The notes below the pieces were generated by a model. The model saw only the letters and a list, made by a program, of their open reading frames with translations. It was not told where the DNA came from and did not search any database. From Candidatus Oxydemutatoraceae bacterium (lineage in GTDB: Bacteria; Pseudomonadota; Gammaproteobacteria; Poriferisulfidales; Oxydemutatoraceae), in NCBI GenBank assembly GCA_965219575.1, contig OZ244779.1, forward strand, positions 1,420,769-1,484,768: DNA of 64,000 bases, written 5' to 3'. The first letter of the stretch is position 1; every line of letters begins with the position of its first letter. This document shows, piece after piece, positions 48,613-58,948 of this stretch. A program made the translations under genes and the position numbers.

Positions 48613-49371
48613 CTATTTTGTCGGAATACCTTTATAGCGTCGGTATTCGTTCCATAGTTTTTCCTGTTTTTGAGGGTCGGGTTCTGCAAGCGCAGCTTCT
48701 CTAATCTGTTTAGCAATTATATCATCATTGTCTGCCGGCGGTATGTCTTCGGGTAATTTACCGTTGTTTAGTGCCCTTTTGTCATTCGTGCCGGTGAACG
48801 GAGGAGGGTCTTCGGATGAATCGCTTATCGCACCTTCGCTATCGGTTTGTCGAGTTGTCGGTGGTTCGGTACCCGATAATTCGCCGCTCGGTGTCGCAAT
48901 TTCCGGTGTTCGTGTAGTGGTTTGTTCGTCGAAATCGTCGGAGACTTCGCTGCCGGAAAGCTCACTGCTCGGTGTTGCGGTTTGTTGGTTTTGCGAGTCG
49001 CCTTGCTCGGATTCGGCATTGTCCGCTTGTTCTGCATTGCTATCGGCACCTGCATTTGCATCGTCGGAACTATTAGCATTGCCGGCATTACCACTATCTT
49101 GCTTTTGCACATCGCTGATCGTTTGCTTACAATCTTGCACCTGAGCGAGTGCATCCTTTAGAGCTTGATCCATCAGTTGTATGCGCTCTTCTCTGGTAAG
49201 AAGCATCATATTATCGAAGTCAGGCATCACGATAGGACAATCGCCTTCGTCTGCGGCATCGTTTGCATAGAGCGCGGTCATACATAAAGCCAGCACCCCG
49301 GCAAGACATGCTCTGATAATTTTATTCCCCACTTGTGGATTTGTGCCGGCATGTTGCGTTCGGGCGGTCAT
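48613..49371 (-). CDS. Secreted, low-complexity acidic hypothetical protein
   Basis: True start is likely MTARTQ at 49371; the longer ORF is MITE read-through. Signal-like segment and conserved-looking C-terminus PEDIPPADNDDIIAKQIREAA..EPDP..KLWNEYRRYKG. Confidence 0.7.
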   Translation of the reverse strand: MTARTQHAGTNPQVGNKIIRACLAGVLALCMTALYANDAADEGDCPIVMPDFDNMMLLTREERIQLMDQALKDALAQVQDCKQTISDVQKQDSGNAGNANSSDDANAGADSNAEQADNAESEQGDSQNQQTATPSSELSGSEVSDDFDEQTTTRTPEIATPSGELSGTEPPTTRQTDSEGAISDSSEDPPPFTGTNDKRALNNGKLPEDIPPADNDDIIAKQIREAALAEPDPQKQEKLWNEYRRYKGIPTK

Positions 49372-49373
49372 GT

Positions 49374-49645
49374 AGGGCTGTTGAAAAAGTGCGAACATCG
49401 CACAAATCCAACCGCTTTGCGCCGCATAATTATCCAACCCACCTGTAGGGGTGGGCGGACATGTTAGTCCGCCCCTACTATATCTGCCCTTAAGTGCCGT
49501 TCTGCACAGCCGTAACCGCTTGCGGCGTATGGTTTTGGTTTCCATAAATCGGGTGAATGAATGTATAAATCGTGCCGGCCAACGCGTTACGGGCGGACAT
49601 GCAAGTCCGCCCCTACATTGTATGAAATACTTTTTCAACAGCCCC
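49374..49645. mobile_element. MITE family A copy A10 with 4-bp TSD ATGT
   Basis: atgt|agggctgttgaaaaag...ctttttcaacagcccc|atgt. Confidence 0.85.
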
Positions 49646-49648
49646 ATG

Positions 49649-50443
49649 TTAGTCCGCGCCTGCATCTTCGGCAAGTCTTTGCTGCAAATCATCGACATAA
49701 TTTTTGGTATTGCTTCCTAAGGTCACGCAATCTACACCGACGGTAATCAATGTGGCACCTCTTTTTATCCACGGCACGACTGCGTCTACATTCATACCGA
49801 AAAATCCCAAGATTTTATTGTTCGATAAGCAGCTACGACAAATCGTGTCCATTGCATCTTGTATTTCCACATCGTCTATCATGCCTGCTTTGCCGTAACT
49901 GGCCGATAAATCGTAAGGCCCTATCAAAATTCCGTCAACGCCTTCTACCGATGCAATCGCTTCGATTTCGGAAACCGCGTCTTTGTGTTCGGCTTGTACG
50001 ATTATGACGGTTTCTTCGGCAGCGGATTCTAGATAATCCTTAAACTCAAATCCGTAGCGATGGGCACGTGCAAGACCTACGCCGCGTGTGCCGGCAGGTG
50101 GATAGCGACACCACGAGACGATGTCTTGTGCAACCTGTGCATTATTCACTTGCGGCACGATAATCCCGGCAGCCCCTATATCCAGAGCATTTCTTATTGC
50201 AATTTGTTCGGCGTGCGAGACTCTGACCAAAGCGGGAATGTTGGCTGCTTGCAAGAGGTTTTGCAGATCATCGATGCCGAGTGCACCGTGTTCGCCGTCT
50301 ATGAAAAGCCAATCCAGGCCGGCTTCGGATAACAATTCCGTGACTTGTGGTGCATTGATGGTTACCATCGTGCTATTGAGGAAGTCGCCGTTGCGTAGCC
50401 GTTTGGCGAAGGTTTGATTTTGTTGCCGTATGCCTATAACCAT
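49649..50443 (-). CDS. HpcH/HpaI aldolase (2-keto-3-deoxy sugar acid aldolase family)
   Basis: DWLFIDGEHG, ALDIGAAGIIVPQV, RYPPAGTRG and IGPYDLSAS motifs. Confidence 0.92.
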   Translation of the reverse strand: MVIGIRQQNQTFAKRLRNGDFLNSTMVTINAPQVTELLSEAGLDWLFIDGEHGALGIDDLQNLLQAANIPALVRVSHAEQIAIRNALDIGAAGIIVPQVNNAQVAQDIVSWCRYPPAGTRGVGLARAHRYGFEFKDYLESAAEETVIIVQAEHKDAVSEIEAIASVEGVDGILIGPYDLSASYGKAGMIDDVEIQDAMDTICRSCLSNNKILGFFGMNVDAVVPWIKRGATLITVGVDCVTLGSNTKNYVDDLQQRLAEDAGAD

Positions 50444-50499
50444 CTGCTTGATGAGTGATTTGTATTCAGGTTGATAGGCTTCAATTCCTTAGTGTGCAA

Positions 50500-50715
50500 T
50501 CATAAAAATTTAATCATTAAGCCCACGGCTGCAATTATTATTGCAACAGCACCATAGATTTGTTTGATTAGTCTTGTCTCCAGTTGCGCTATGACTGCAT
50601 CGATATATTCTTTCGTCGCTACATCATCCATTCTGTTTATTTTTGTAGCAACTTCGTGTACCATACTATCGCTTATGCCAGGTATTTTTTTTAATGCCTC
50701 ATATACTATGTCCAT
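50500..50715 (-). CDS. Small coiled-coil + C-terminal TM protein (DUF1640/CCDC90-like)
   Basis: VATKEYIDAVIAQLETRLIK followed by a hydrophobic tail. AAGGAG upstream. Confidence 0.65.
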   Translation of the reverse strand: MDIVYEALKKIPGISDSMVHEVATKINRMDDVATKEYIDAVIAQLETRLIKQIYGAVAIIIAAVGLMIKFL

Positions 50716-50833
50716 TATTTCATCTCCTTGCTGACAATCTGTATTATCTCACAAATTAATCGGATATCGGCTTTTTGAATTATGGCAATTTTATACCCTA
50801 TGATATATTAGGGAACATTGTATAAAGCTATCG

Positions 50834-50866
50834 GGGAGAGGGTTATGTAATCCTCTCCCTTTTTTT
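50834..50866 (+). terminator. Intrinsic terminator-like hairpin
   Basis: gggagagggtt-atgt-aatcctctccc followed by T7. Confidence 0.6.
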
Positions 50867-50898
50867 ACCGATATTATAAATTAAATAAGGAGTGGAAA

Positions 50899-51141
50899 AT
50901 GTTGACAAAATTTATACGAGAACTTTTTGAACCTTTAATAGAAGGGGTTCTTTGGCTATCTTTGTTGGGTGCTTTTATAGCAGGAGCGTATGCGAATGGA
51001 GTCCCGGGCGTTTTAGTCGCTCTTTTAACTTGGCTGCTCATGTCAATCCTTTTTATAGGACTTGCTTTGATTATCGTTGATATAAGAAACATCGTTAAAA
51101 AGATCGAAGAGCGTCAGTCCCATAGAGAGGCTGAAAACTAG
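50899..51141 (+). CDS. Small 2-TM membrane protein
   Basis: AAGGAG RBS, two hydrophobic segments, IVDIRN motif. Confidence 0.7.
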   Translation: MLTKFIRELFEPLIEGVLWLSLLGAFIAGAYANGVPGVLVALLTWLLMSILFIGLALIIVDIRNIVKKIEERQSHREAEN

Positions 51142-51165
51142 TTCGGCAGCTACATACTTTAAGAA

Positions 51166-51311
51166 ACTTGTGCAGATACGCCACGACCACCCCGTCAGGC
51201 TTTGCCTGCCACCCCTCCAAAGGAGGGGAATGTACCGACACTGTACCTTGTGCAGACACTTGATAACCACCCAGTCAGACTGCGCCTGCCACCCCTCCAC
51301 AGGAAGGAAAT
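51166..51311 (-). repeat. Two tandem family-B units (80-bp period)
   Basis: Cores at 51186-51231 and 51266-51311, each with a TCTGCAC spacer motif. Confidence 0.8.
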
Positions 51312-51314
51312 AGA

Positions 51315-52271
51315 ATGAACGGTTATCTTGACTTTGAACAGCCCGTTATTCAATTAGAGGCAAAAATCGAAGAACTGCAGAATGTAAGCGGTCATAACCG
51401 ATTGGATATTACACAGGAGATAAAGCAGTTAGAAGAGAAACGTAATAAACTGGTCAAAAGTATTTATACGGAGCTCAGTCCGTGGCAGATTACCCAACTC
51501 GCCCGTCATCAACAGCGTCCATATACCCTAGATTATATACAGGCGTTATTCACCGATTTTGAGGAATTGCACGGCGATCGGCATTATGCCGACGATGCCG
51601 CTATCGTCGCCGGTGTTGCACGTTTTGAGAAGCACTCGGTGGTTGTCATAGGTCATCAGAAAGGGCGAGATACTCAAGAGAAAGTCAGGCGTAATTTCGG
51701 TATGTGCAAACCCGAAGGTTATCGCAAAGCCAAGCGTATGTTTGAACTTGCCGAACGATTTAGACTGCCGGTATTGACTTTTATAGATACGCCCGGTGCC
51801 TATCCCGGCATAGATGCCGAGGAGCGCAACCAAAGCGAGGCGATTGCTGCGAATTTGAAATCTCTGGCACAGTTGGAAGTGCCGGTGATCTGCACGATTA
51901 TCGGCGAAGGTGGTTCGGGCGGGGCATTAGCAATAGGTGTCGGAGATTATTTGATTATGTTGCAGTATAGCATTTATTCGGTGATCTCACCGGAAGGCTG
52001 CGCGTCTATATTGTGGAAGGATGCCAAACATGCCGACACCGCCGCTAGGGCACTAAAATTAACTGCCGACGAATTATACGAGCTAGGTCTGATCGACGAA
52101 ATCGTAGCCGAAGCAAACGGTGGTGCGCATCGCAGTTTCGATAGCGCATATAACGAATTGGCATCGGTTTTGAAATCACAAATTAGTCGGCTCACCCACC
52201 TATCTACCAAACAACTATTGGCAAAACGATACAAGAAGTGGGCCGATATCGGATACTTCACAGATGTCTGA
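51315..52271 (+). CDS. accA: Acetyl-CoA carboxylase carboxyltransferase alpha
   Basis: [35 protein letters not shown] and [14 protein letters not shown] motifs. Confidence 0.97.
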   Translation: MNGYLDFEQPVIQLEAKIEELQNVSGHNRLDITQEIKQLEEKRNKLVKSIYTELSPWQITQLARHQQRPYTLDYIQALFTDFEELHGDRHYADDAAIVAGVARFEKHSVVVIGHQKGRDTQEKVRRNFGMCKPEGYRKAKRMFELAERFRLPVLTFIDTPGAYPGIDAEERNQSEAIAANLKSLAQLEVPVICTIIGEGGSGGALAIGVGDYLIMLQYSIYSVISPEGCASILWKDAKHADTAARALKLTADELYELGLIDEIVAEANGGAHRSFDSAYNELASVLKSQISRLTHLSTKQLLAKRYKKWADIGYFTDV

Positions 52272-53571
52272 TATCGACCGCAAGATAGTTTCAAAAGTAC
52301 AAGACCAGCTTCAACAATTTTTAGACCACGGCAACGGTGAGCGTATCGTCGTTGCATACAGCGGTGGATTGGACTCTACCGTGTTGTTGCATTTAACACG
52401 GAGTCTATCGGCAAAACTGCACTGCGAGTTATTGGCGGCACATATCAATCATCGTTTGCATCCCGAAGCCGATGGTTGGGAGGTACACTGCCGCAGACAA
52501 GCAGCACGCATGGGCATTGCGTATCGAAGCGAGGTAGCGCGGGTCACCGATAAACATCCACAGGGCGTAGAGGCGGCAGCTCGTGAGTTGCGTTATAGTG
52601 CATTGCAGGGCATGATGCAAGCGGGCGATGTATTGCTGACCGCACACCATCAAAACGACCAAGCCGAGACCGTGCTATTGCGTTTGTTGCGCGGTGCCGG
52701 CACTACCGGCCTTAAAGCAATTCCGGAATATCGTGCTTTGCCGGAAGGTGTACTGGTGCGACCGATGTTATCCGTACCTCGCGCCGACATTCGCCGCTAT
52801 GCACAAGTGCATCGATTAAACTGGCTGGACGACCCCGGCAACGAGGACTTGCGCTATGCTCGCAACTACATAAGGCACCGTATTGCGCCTATACTGGAAG
52901 CACGTTGGCCGACATGGCAGCGGACTATCGCAAGGGCTGCGACACATCAAGGCGATGCCGATACGATAATTACTAACGAGATAAAACGATATCTTTATCG
53001 CTGTTTGCTACCGAACAGTTTGAATTTACTGCTCAGAGCTTTGCTGGCACTACCTACTGCGTACCGTCATTCGGTATTGCGCGCATGGTGCAAGTTGAAC
53101 GATATACCGCTACCCGACACGCGCCAACTCAGATATATTTGCGATATGGTTTCCGAACATATATTGAGGCGAAATACTTCGGGTGGTGGTATGATATGCA
53201 CTTACTCGGGTATCGGCATCGGTTTTTATCACGGTATATTGTATGCAGTCAAACCGTTGAAGTATGTTCCGATTTCATCGACAGAATGGCATAACGATAA
53301 AGATTGTGAAATACCGCAACTAAACTTGATATTACGCAGGACCGAATTAATGCGACAAGCCCCTGTTCTTTTCGATCAAGCACTCACCGTCGATTTTCGC
53401 CGCGGCGGTGAACGTTGTGCTTTTCAGGATACATCCAACCGCCTTTTTCATAAAAGCCTAAAAAAAGTTTTTCAGGAATACCGTGTTCCTACATGGCAAA
53501 GAAGCCGTATACCCTTAATTTATGCACAGGGTAGACTGCGGCTGATATGGAACATCACGGCGTGCGATTGA
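52264..53571 (+). CDS. tilS: tRNA(Ile)-lysidine synthetase
   Basis: [11 protein letters not shown]-loop, [20 protein letters not shown] and RNYIR motifs. Confidence 0.95.
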   Translation: MSDIDRKIVSKVQDQLQQFLDHGNGERIVVAYSGGLDSTVLLHLTRSLSAKLHCELLAAHINHRLHPEADGWEVHCRRQAARMGIAYRSEVARVTDKHPQGVEAAARELRYSALQGMMQAGDVLLTAHHQNDQAETVLLRLLRGAGTTGLKAIPEYRALPEGVLVRPMLSVPRADIRRYAQVHRLNWLDDPGNEDLRYARNYIRHRIAPILEARWPTWQRTIARAATHQGDADTIITNEIKRYLYRCLLPNSLNLLLRALLALPTAYRHSVLRAWCKLNDIPLPDTRQLRYICDMVSEHILRRNTSGGGMICTYSGIGIGFYHGILYAVKPLKYVPISSTEWHNDKDCEIPQLNLILRRTELMRQAPVLFDQALTVDFRRGGERCAFQDTSNRLFHKSLKKVFQEYRVPTWQRSRIPLIYAQGRLRLIWNITACD

Positions 53572-53572
53572 A

Positions 53573-55210
53573 ATGAACTATATATTCGTCACCGGCGGCG
53601 TTGTTTCGTCTTTGGGTAAGGGCATTGCGAGTGCTTGCATAGGAACGATACTCGAGGCACGCGGTTTTAAGTTGAGTTTGATCAAGCTCGACCCCTATAT
53701 TAATGTAGACCCCGGTACGATGAGTCCGTTTCAACACGGTGAGGTTTATGTAACCGCGGACGGCAGCGAAACCGATTTGGATATCGGTCATTACGAGCGT
53801 TTTGTAAATTTCCGCGCTACACAACACCATAATTACACCACCGGTCAAATCTACGAGCGCGTTATTCGCAAGGAACGACAGGGTGCATATCTAGGCGCAA
53901 CCGTGCAGGTCATTCCGCACATCACCAACGAGATCAAAGCTGCAATCGAGGAGGGTTCGAAGGCGTGCGATATCGCCATAATTGAAATAGGCGGCACCGT
54001 GGGTGATATAGAGTCTTTGCCGTTCCTGGAAGCGATCAGGCAGATGGGACTGGAGGAGCAAAATCAGGTGATCTATGTGCATCTAACATTGGTTCCTCAT
54101 TTGAAGACGAGTGCCGAGATCAAGACCAAACCGACTCAACACTCGGTCAAGGAATTACGCTCGATCGGGATACAACCCGATATTTTATTATGCCGTTCGC
54201 ATCGCGAGATTCCTCTGGAGCATAGAAAGAAAATAGCCTTGTTCGCCAATGTGCGCGTAGAGGATGTGATTTCGGCCATAGACTTCGATAGTATCTACAG
54301 TATTCCGCTGTGGTTTCATCGGCAAAAGATAGATGATTTGATTGTCTCGAAGCTGGGCTTAGGCAATGTACCGTCTGCCGATTTGAGCGACTGGGAACGT
54401 ATAGATGAGAGCTACAACACACCCAAACACTCGGTTAAAATTGCGCTTGTCGGCAAATATGCTAGTCTGATGGACGCTTATATGTCGGTCAACGAAGCCT
54501 TAGTCCACGCCGGCTTTGCATTGCAATGCGATGTAAAAATCGTCCATATAGACACCGAAGACATGCAGGAAGATTGCAAACTATTAGACGATGTCGACGG
54601 TATTCTGGTTCCGGGTGGTTTCGGTGAGCGAGGCATAGAAAGCAAGATTTCCGCAGCGCGCTATGCGCGTGAACACAAGATCCCGTATTTAGGAATTTGT
54701 CTGGGAATGCAAGTCGCAGTGATTGAATTTGCGCGTAATGTTGCGCAGCTCGCCGGTGCGGATAGTTCGGAATTCAATCCCGACACGCCCCATCCGGTCA
54801 TTGCTTTGGTTACCGAATGGCAAGATAGACAAGGCACGATACAGCAACGCAATGCCGATTCCGATATGGGTGGCACGATGCGCTTGGGAATACAGAGATG
54901 TCGGCTGGATAAAAACTCCAAGAGCTATCGACAATACCGACAAGATGTTATAGAGGAGCGACACCGACATCGCTACGAACTGAATAATCGCTATTTAGAT
55001 CGGCTACGCACGGCGGGACTACAAGTTGTAGGACATTCGGACGATAAAGAATTGGTGGAGATCGTTGAATTACCCGACCATCCGTGGTTTGTCGGCACGC
55101 AATTTCATCCCGAGTTTACTTCTACGCCGCGCCGAGCAAACCCGATATACAGAGGGTTTGTGGAAGCGGCAAACGACTATCGCCGATCAAAAAACTTTTC
55201 CGAGCAATGA
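53573..55210 (+). CDS. pyrG: CTP synthase
   Basis: [37 protein letters not shown] and QFHPE motifs. Confidence 0.98.
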   Translation: MNYIFVTGGVVSSLGKGIASACIGTILEARGFKLSLIKLDPYINVDPGTMSPFQHGEVYVTADGSETDLDIGHYERFVNFRATQHHNYTTGQIYERVIRKERQGAYLGATVQVIPHITNEIKAAIEEGSKACDIAIIEIGGTVGDIESLPFLEAIRQMGLEEQNQVIYVHLTLVPHLKTSAEIKTKPTQHSVKELRSIGIQPDILLCRSHREIPLEHRKKIALFANVRVEDVISAIDFDSIYSIPLWFHRQKIDDLIVSKLGLGNVPSADLSDWERIDESYNTPKHSVKIALVGKYASLMDAYMSVNEALVHAGFALQCDVKIVHIDTEDMQEDCKLLDDVDGILVPGGFGERGIESKISAARYAREHKIPYLGICLGMQVAVIEFARNVAQLAGADSSEFNPDTPHPVIALVTEWQDRQGTIQQRNADSDMGGTMRLGIQRCRLDKNSKSYRQYRQDVIEERHRHRYELNNRYLDRLRTAGLQVVGHSDDKELVEIVELPDHPWFVGTQFHPEFTSTPRRANPIYRGFVEAANDYRRSKNFSEQ

Positions 55211-56034
55211 ATGTCTGTGGTTTCGAGATGGCATCCGATCAACCCTTCGTGTTGATATCCGGGCCTTGCGTGATAGAGAACGAGACTTTAGCGTTGCATA
55301 GCGCACAAACACTTAAAGCGTATAGCGATGGGTTGAATATCCCCTTTATTTATAAGTCCTCTTTCGACAAAGCAAATCGCTCATCGCATCGGAGCTTCCG
55401 TGGTCCGGGTATCGCACAAGGTCTGCGTATTTTGGAAAAAGTCAAAACCGATATCGGCGTGCCGGTATTAAGCGATGTGCACGAAGATACACCGTTGGAC
55501 GAGGTTGCCTCGGTAGTCGATGTCTTGCAAACTCCCGCTTTTTTATGCAGACAAACCAATTTCATACAGAATGTTGCTAAAATGGGCAAGCCGGTTAATA
55601 TCAAAAAAGGGCAATTTTTATCACCTTGGGAGATGCGGCATGTCGTGGAAAAAGCTCGCGCAACCGGTAACGAGCAGTTGATGGTGTGCGAAAGAGGATT
55701 CAGCTTCGGCTACAATAATCTGGTATCGGATATGCGCTCTTTGGTTATTTTGAGGGAAACCCGATGTCCGGTGGTCTTCGATGCCACACACTCCGTACAG
55801 TTGCCCGGTGGTCGAGGTAATGCCTCGGGCGGTAATCGGGAATTTGTTCCGGCACTTGCTCGCGCAGCGGTCGCCGTAGGCGTTGCCGGTTTATTTGCCG
55901 AGACACACCCGAATCCCGACCACGCCTTAAGCGACGGACCGAACGCTTGGCCGCTGGACGAGATGCACTCGTTGTTGCAAGAATTAAAGCAGATAGACGA
56001 AGTAGTGAAAGAAAAAACGATGAATAACAAATAG
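55207..56034 (+). CDS. kdsA: KDO 8-phosphate synthase
   Basis: [24 protein letters not shown] and FDATHSVQ motifs. ATGA overlap with pyrG gives the start at 55207. Confidence 0.97.
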   Translation: MNVCGFEMASDQPFVLISGPCVIENETLALHSAQTLKAYSDGLNIPFIYKSSFDKANRSSHRSFRGPGIAQGLRILEKVKTDIGVPVLSDVHEDTPLDEVASVVDVLQTPAFLCRQTNFIQNVAKMGKPVNIKKGQFLSPWEMRHVVEKARATGNEQLMVCERGFSFGYNNLVSDMRSLVILRETRCPVVFDATHSVQLPGGRGNASGGNREFVPALARAAVAVGVAGLFAETHPNPDHALSDGPNAWPLDEMHSLLQELKQIDEVVKEKTMNNK

Positions 56035-56047
56035 ATAAGGTGAATAT

Positions 56048-57352
56048 ATGAAAAATAATATAACACAAATACGCGGGCGTGAGATTATAGATTCTCGCGG
56101 TAATCCTACCGTTGAGGCGGAAGTCACAATTGAATCGGGCATCTGCGGGCGAGCATCGGTGCCGTCCGGCGCATCTACCGGCACTTTGGAAGCCGTCGAG
56201 CTACGAGACAACGATGGCGCACGTTTTCACGGCAAAGGCGTGCAGAATGCAGTGAGCAACATCAACGGCGAAATCCAACAGGCATTGCTCGGTATCGATG
56301 TGACCGAGCAGGCACATTTAGATCATGCAATGATCGACCTAGATGGAACTAAAAACAAGGCGCGTTTGGGTGCTAACGCAATTCTCGCGGTTTCGTTGGC
56401 GGTTGCGATTGCCGCAGCACGAGCGAATGCGTGTCTTTTATACGAATATCTGAACGGCCTGCAAGAAAATGCCGTATTGCGGCTTCCCACGCCGATGATC
56501 AATATCTTAAACGGTGGTTCTCATGCGAATAATAATGTTGATATACAAGAGTTTATGCTGGTGCCGACCGGTGTCGAGAGCATCAAGGAGGCGGTTCGAG
56601 TAGGTTCGGAGGTATTTCATTCCTTAAAGGCGGTGCTGAGCCGTCGCAAATTGAGCACCACGGTCGGAGACGAAGGGGGATTTGCACCGAATCTTTCGTC
56701 GAACGAAGCAGCGATAGAAGTCATTCTGGAAGCGATAGAACATACACAATATACCGCAGGCAAAGATATTTATCTGGCACTTGATGTGGCAAGTTCGGAG
56801 TTTTACTCGTCGGGCAGGTATCATTTGGCATCGGAGAATCGTGCGTATGAGAGTTCCGATTTCGTTGAATACTTATCCGATTGGGTTGCCCGCTATCCGA
56901 TCCTTTCTATAGAAGACGGTATTGCCGAAGACGACTGGGCAGGTTGGCGTATCATGACCGAAAGGCTCGGCGATAAAATACAGATCGTAGGAGACGATTT
57001 ATTCGTCACCAATGTCGATATTATTGCCGAGGGCATAAAGCAAGGGGTTGCAAATTGCGTGTTAATCAAACTCAATCAAATCGGCACGCTCAGCGAGACA
57101 TTGGCGGCGATTGATATGGCACAAAAAGCGAATTATAACTGCATTATCTCGCATCGCTCCGGCGAAACCGAAGATGCCAGTATTGCCGATTTGGCGGTCG
57201 GTATCGGAGTAGGGCAGATAAAAACCGGCTCTATCTGTCGCACCGACAGGGTTGCTAAATATAACCAACTGATGCGCATAGAAGAGGCACTAGGCGAGCG
57301 GGCTGCTTATGCAAAGACCGACCTATTCAAGCGTTTTAGTGCCTTGTCTTGA
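56048..57352 (+). CDS. eno: Enolase
   Basis: [25 protein letters not shown] and SHRSGETED motifs. Confidence 0.98.
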   Translation: MKNNITQIRGREIIDSRGNPTVEAEVTIESGICGRASVPSGASTGTLEAVELRDNDGARFHGKGVQNAVSNINGEIQQALLGIDVTEQAHLDHAMIDLDGTKNKARLGANAILAVSLAVAIAAARANACLLYEYLNGLQENAVLRLPTPMINILNGGSHANNNVDIQEFMLVPTGVESIKEAVRVGSEVFHSLKAVLSRRKLSTTVGDEGGFAPNLSSNEAAIEVILEAIEHTQYTAGKDIYLALDVASSEFYSSGRYHLASENRAYESSDFVEYLSDWVARYPILSIEDGIAEDDWAGWRIMTERLGDKIQIVGDDLFVTNVDIIAEGIKQGVANCVLIKLNQIGTLSETLAAIDMAQKANYNCIISHRSGETEDASIADLAVGIGVGQIKTGSICRTDRVAKYNQLMRIEEALGERAAYAKTDLFKRFSALS

Positions 57353-57362
57353 TTACGGATAA

Positions 57363-57974
57363 ATGGCAATTTCACCCATCTCGGATATTATAGAGGAATT
57401 ACGAAACGGTCGTATCGTCATTATCGTCGATGACGAAAAACGGGAAAACGAGGGTGATTTGATGGTTGCGGCGGAGATCGTCACTGCCGAGCATATCAAT
57501 TTTATGGCCAAATACGGGCGCGGGTTGATTTGCCTCACCCTGACACCCGAGCGATGCCGACACCTGCAATTACCATTGATGGTGAGCGATACGAATAGTA
57601 AATTGGCAACTAATTTTACGGTTTCCGTCGATGCACGAGCGGGGGTGAGTACCGGAATTTCAACCCGAGACCGCGCACATACGGTTAGGGTGGCAGTCTC
57701 TCCCGACAGCAGTGCCGACGATTTAATCAGGCCGGGACATATCTTCCCGCTGATGGCACAACCGAACGGTGTCTTAACCCGTGCCGGTCATACCGAAAGT
57801 GGTTGTGACCTTGCACGGCTGGCAGGTTTTGAACCTGCTGCCGTCATCGTTGAAATACTCAACGACGACGGTTCTATGGCACGTTTATCCGACTTGGAAC
57901 ACTTTGCCGCTCGGCATCGCTTAAAGATCGGAACGGTTGACGATTTAGTTAAACACCAACTTTCGAGGACTTAA
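57363..57974 (+). CDS. ribB: 3,4-dihydroxy-2-butanone 4-phosphate synthase (stand-alone)
   Basis: [34 protein letters not shown] and RAGHTE motifs. Confidence 0.95.
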   Translation: MAISPISDIIEELRNGRIVIIVDDEKRENEGDLMVAAEIVTAEHINFMAKYGRGLICLTLTPERCRHLQLPLMVSDTNSKLATNFTVSVDARAGVSTGISTRDRAHTVRVAVSPDSSADDLIRPGHIFPLMAQPNGVLTRAGHTESGCDLARLAGFEPAAVIVEILNDDGSMARLSDLEHFAARHRLKIGTVDDLVKHQLSRT

Positions 57975-57976
57975 CC

Positions 57977-58519
57977 ATGCAAATAAATCATTTACAAATT
58001 AACGAATTGGATGCCGAAGGGGAACGTTACGGTATCGTCGCTGCACCCTATTATCATCAAAAAGCCGTCGATTCTATGATAACGAGTGCTATCGAAACTT
58101 TTGATATATACCACGCGAGTGCGGTAGATATTTGGTATGTGCCGGGAGCTTTTGAGATTCCCGTAGCCGCACAGCAAATGGCTTTGACCGGTGGATACGA
58201 TGCACTTCTGGCACTCGGGTGTGTGATACGGGGTGAGACCAAACACTTTGACTTAATCACCGATACCTGTAGCCGTGGTATTATGCAAATCATGCTGGAG
58301 ACGAAAGTACCTATTACCTTAGGTATTTTGGCGGTAGACAATATCGCACAAGCCGATGCGCGCACTGAACCGGGCAGTAAAATGAACCAAGGCAGATTAT
58401 ATGCACTGACTGCGTTGGAAATGGCAAAAATATTTTCCCTGATGGGTGAATTTACCGAAGATAGGCTTGCCGACCAGTTGAATTTATTGAAAAAAGCGGG
58501 TTTACTGAGCGATAAATAA
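57977..58519 (+). CDS. ribH: 6,7-dimethyl-8-ribityllumazine synthase
   Basis: VPGAFEIP and ALGCVIRGETKHFD motifs. Lies between ribB and nusB. Confidence 0.92.
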   Translation: MQINHLQINELDAEGERYGIVAAPYYHQKAVDSMITSAIETFDIYHASAVDIWYVPGAFEIPVAAQQMALTGGYDALLALGCVIRGETKHFDLITDTCSRGIMQIMLETKVPITLGILAVDNIAQADARTEPGSKMNQGRLYALTALEMAKIFSLMGEFTEDRLADQLNLLKKAGLLSDK

Positions 58520-58521
58520 CT

Positions 58522-58944
58522 ATGGATGCATCGCATATTTTTTATGCGCGTAGTAAGGCGCGTAGGCTCGCCATGCAGGCAGCGTATCAATGGCAAATTG
58601 CCGGTCAGGATATCGACGAAATCATAGAACAATTTGTATCCGAAGAAGGCTATGATCAAGTTGACGATGTACATTTTAGAACGCTATTACAAGCAGCTAC
58701 TTCGAAGTCTTTAGATAAAAAATTAGAAGAATGTATGACACAGAGTATGAAGGAAGTCGATACGATTGAACATTTTATTTTACGCACCGCCGCACACGAG
58801 ATAGCTTGTATTGCCGAAATCGATTCTGCAGTGGCTATCAATGAAGCAGTGCAGATTGCCAAGAAATTCGGCGGTTCCGGGAGCTATCGCTTTGTCAACG
58901 GAGTGCTCGATTGCTTTGCCAAAAAATATGCACTAATCGATTGA
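58522..58944 (+). CDS. nusB: Transcription antitermination factor NusB
   Basis: RSKARRLAMQAAYQW and AINEAVQIAKKFG..SYRFVNGVLD motifs. Confidence 0.95.
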   Translation: MDASHIFYARSKARRLAMQAAYQWQIAGQDIDEIIEQFVSEEGYDQVDDVHFRTLLQAATSKSLDKKLEECMTQSMKEVDTIEHFILRTAAHEIACIAEIDSAVAINEAVQIAKKFGGSGSYRFVNGVLDCFAKKYALID

Positions 58945-58948
58945 GCTA

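Noticed and set aside
49372-49698. N-terminal 109 aa of the 361-aa ORF 48613..49698
   Set aside because: It is read-through of MITE A10. The same peptide (LLKKYFIQCRGGLACPP) appears at other MITE copies.
55084-55206. Extended N-terminus of kdsA
   Set aside because: It overlaps pyrG. The ATGA-coupled start at 55207 matches normal KdsA length.
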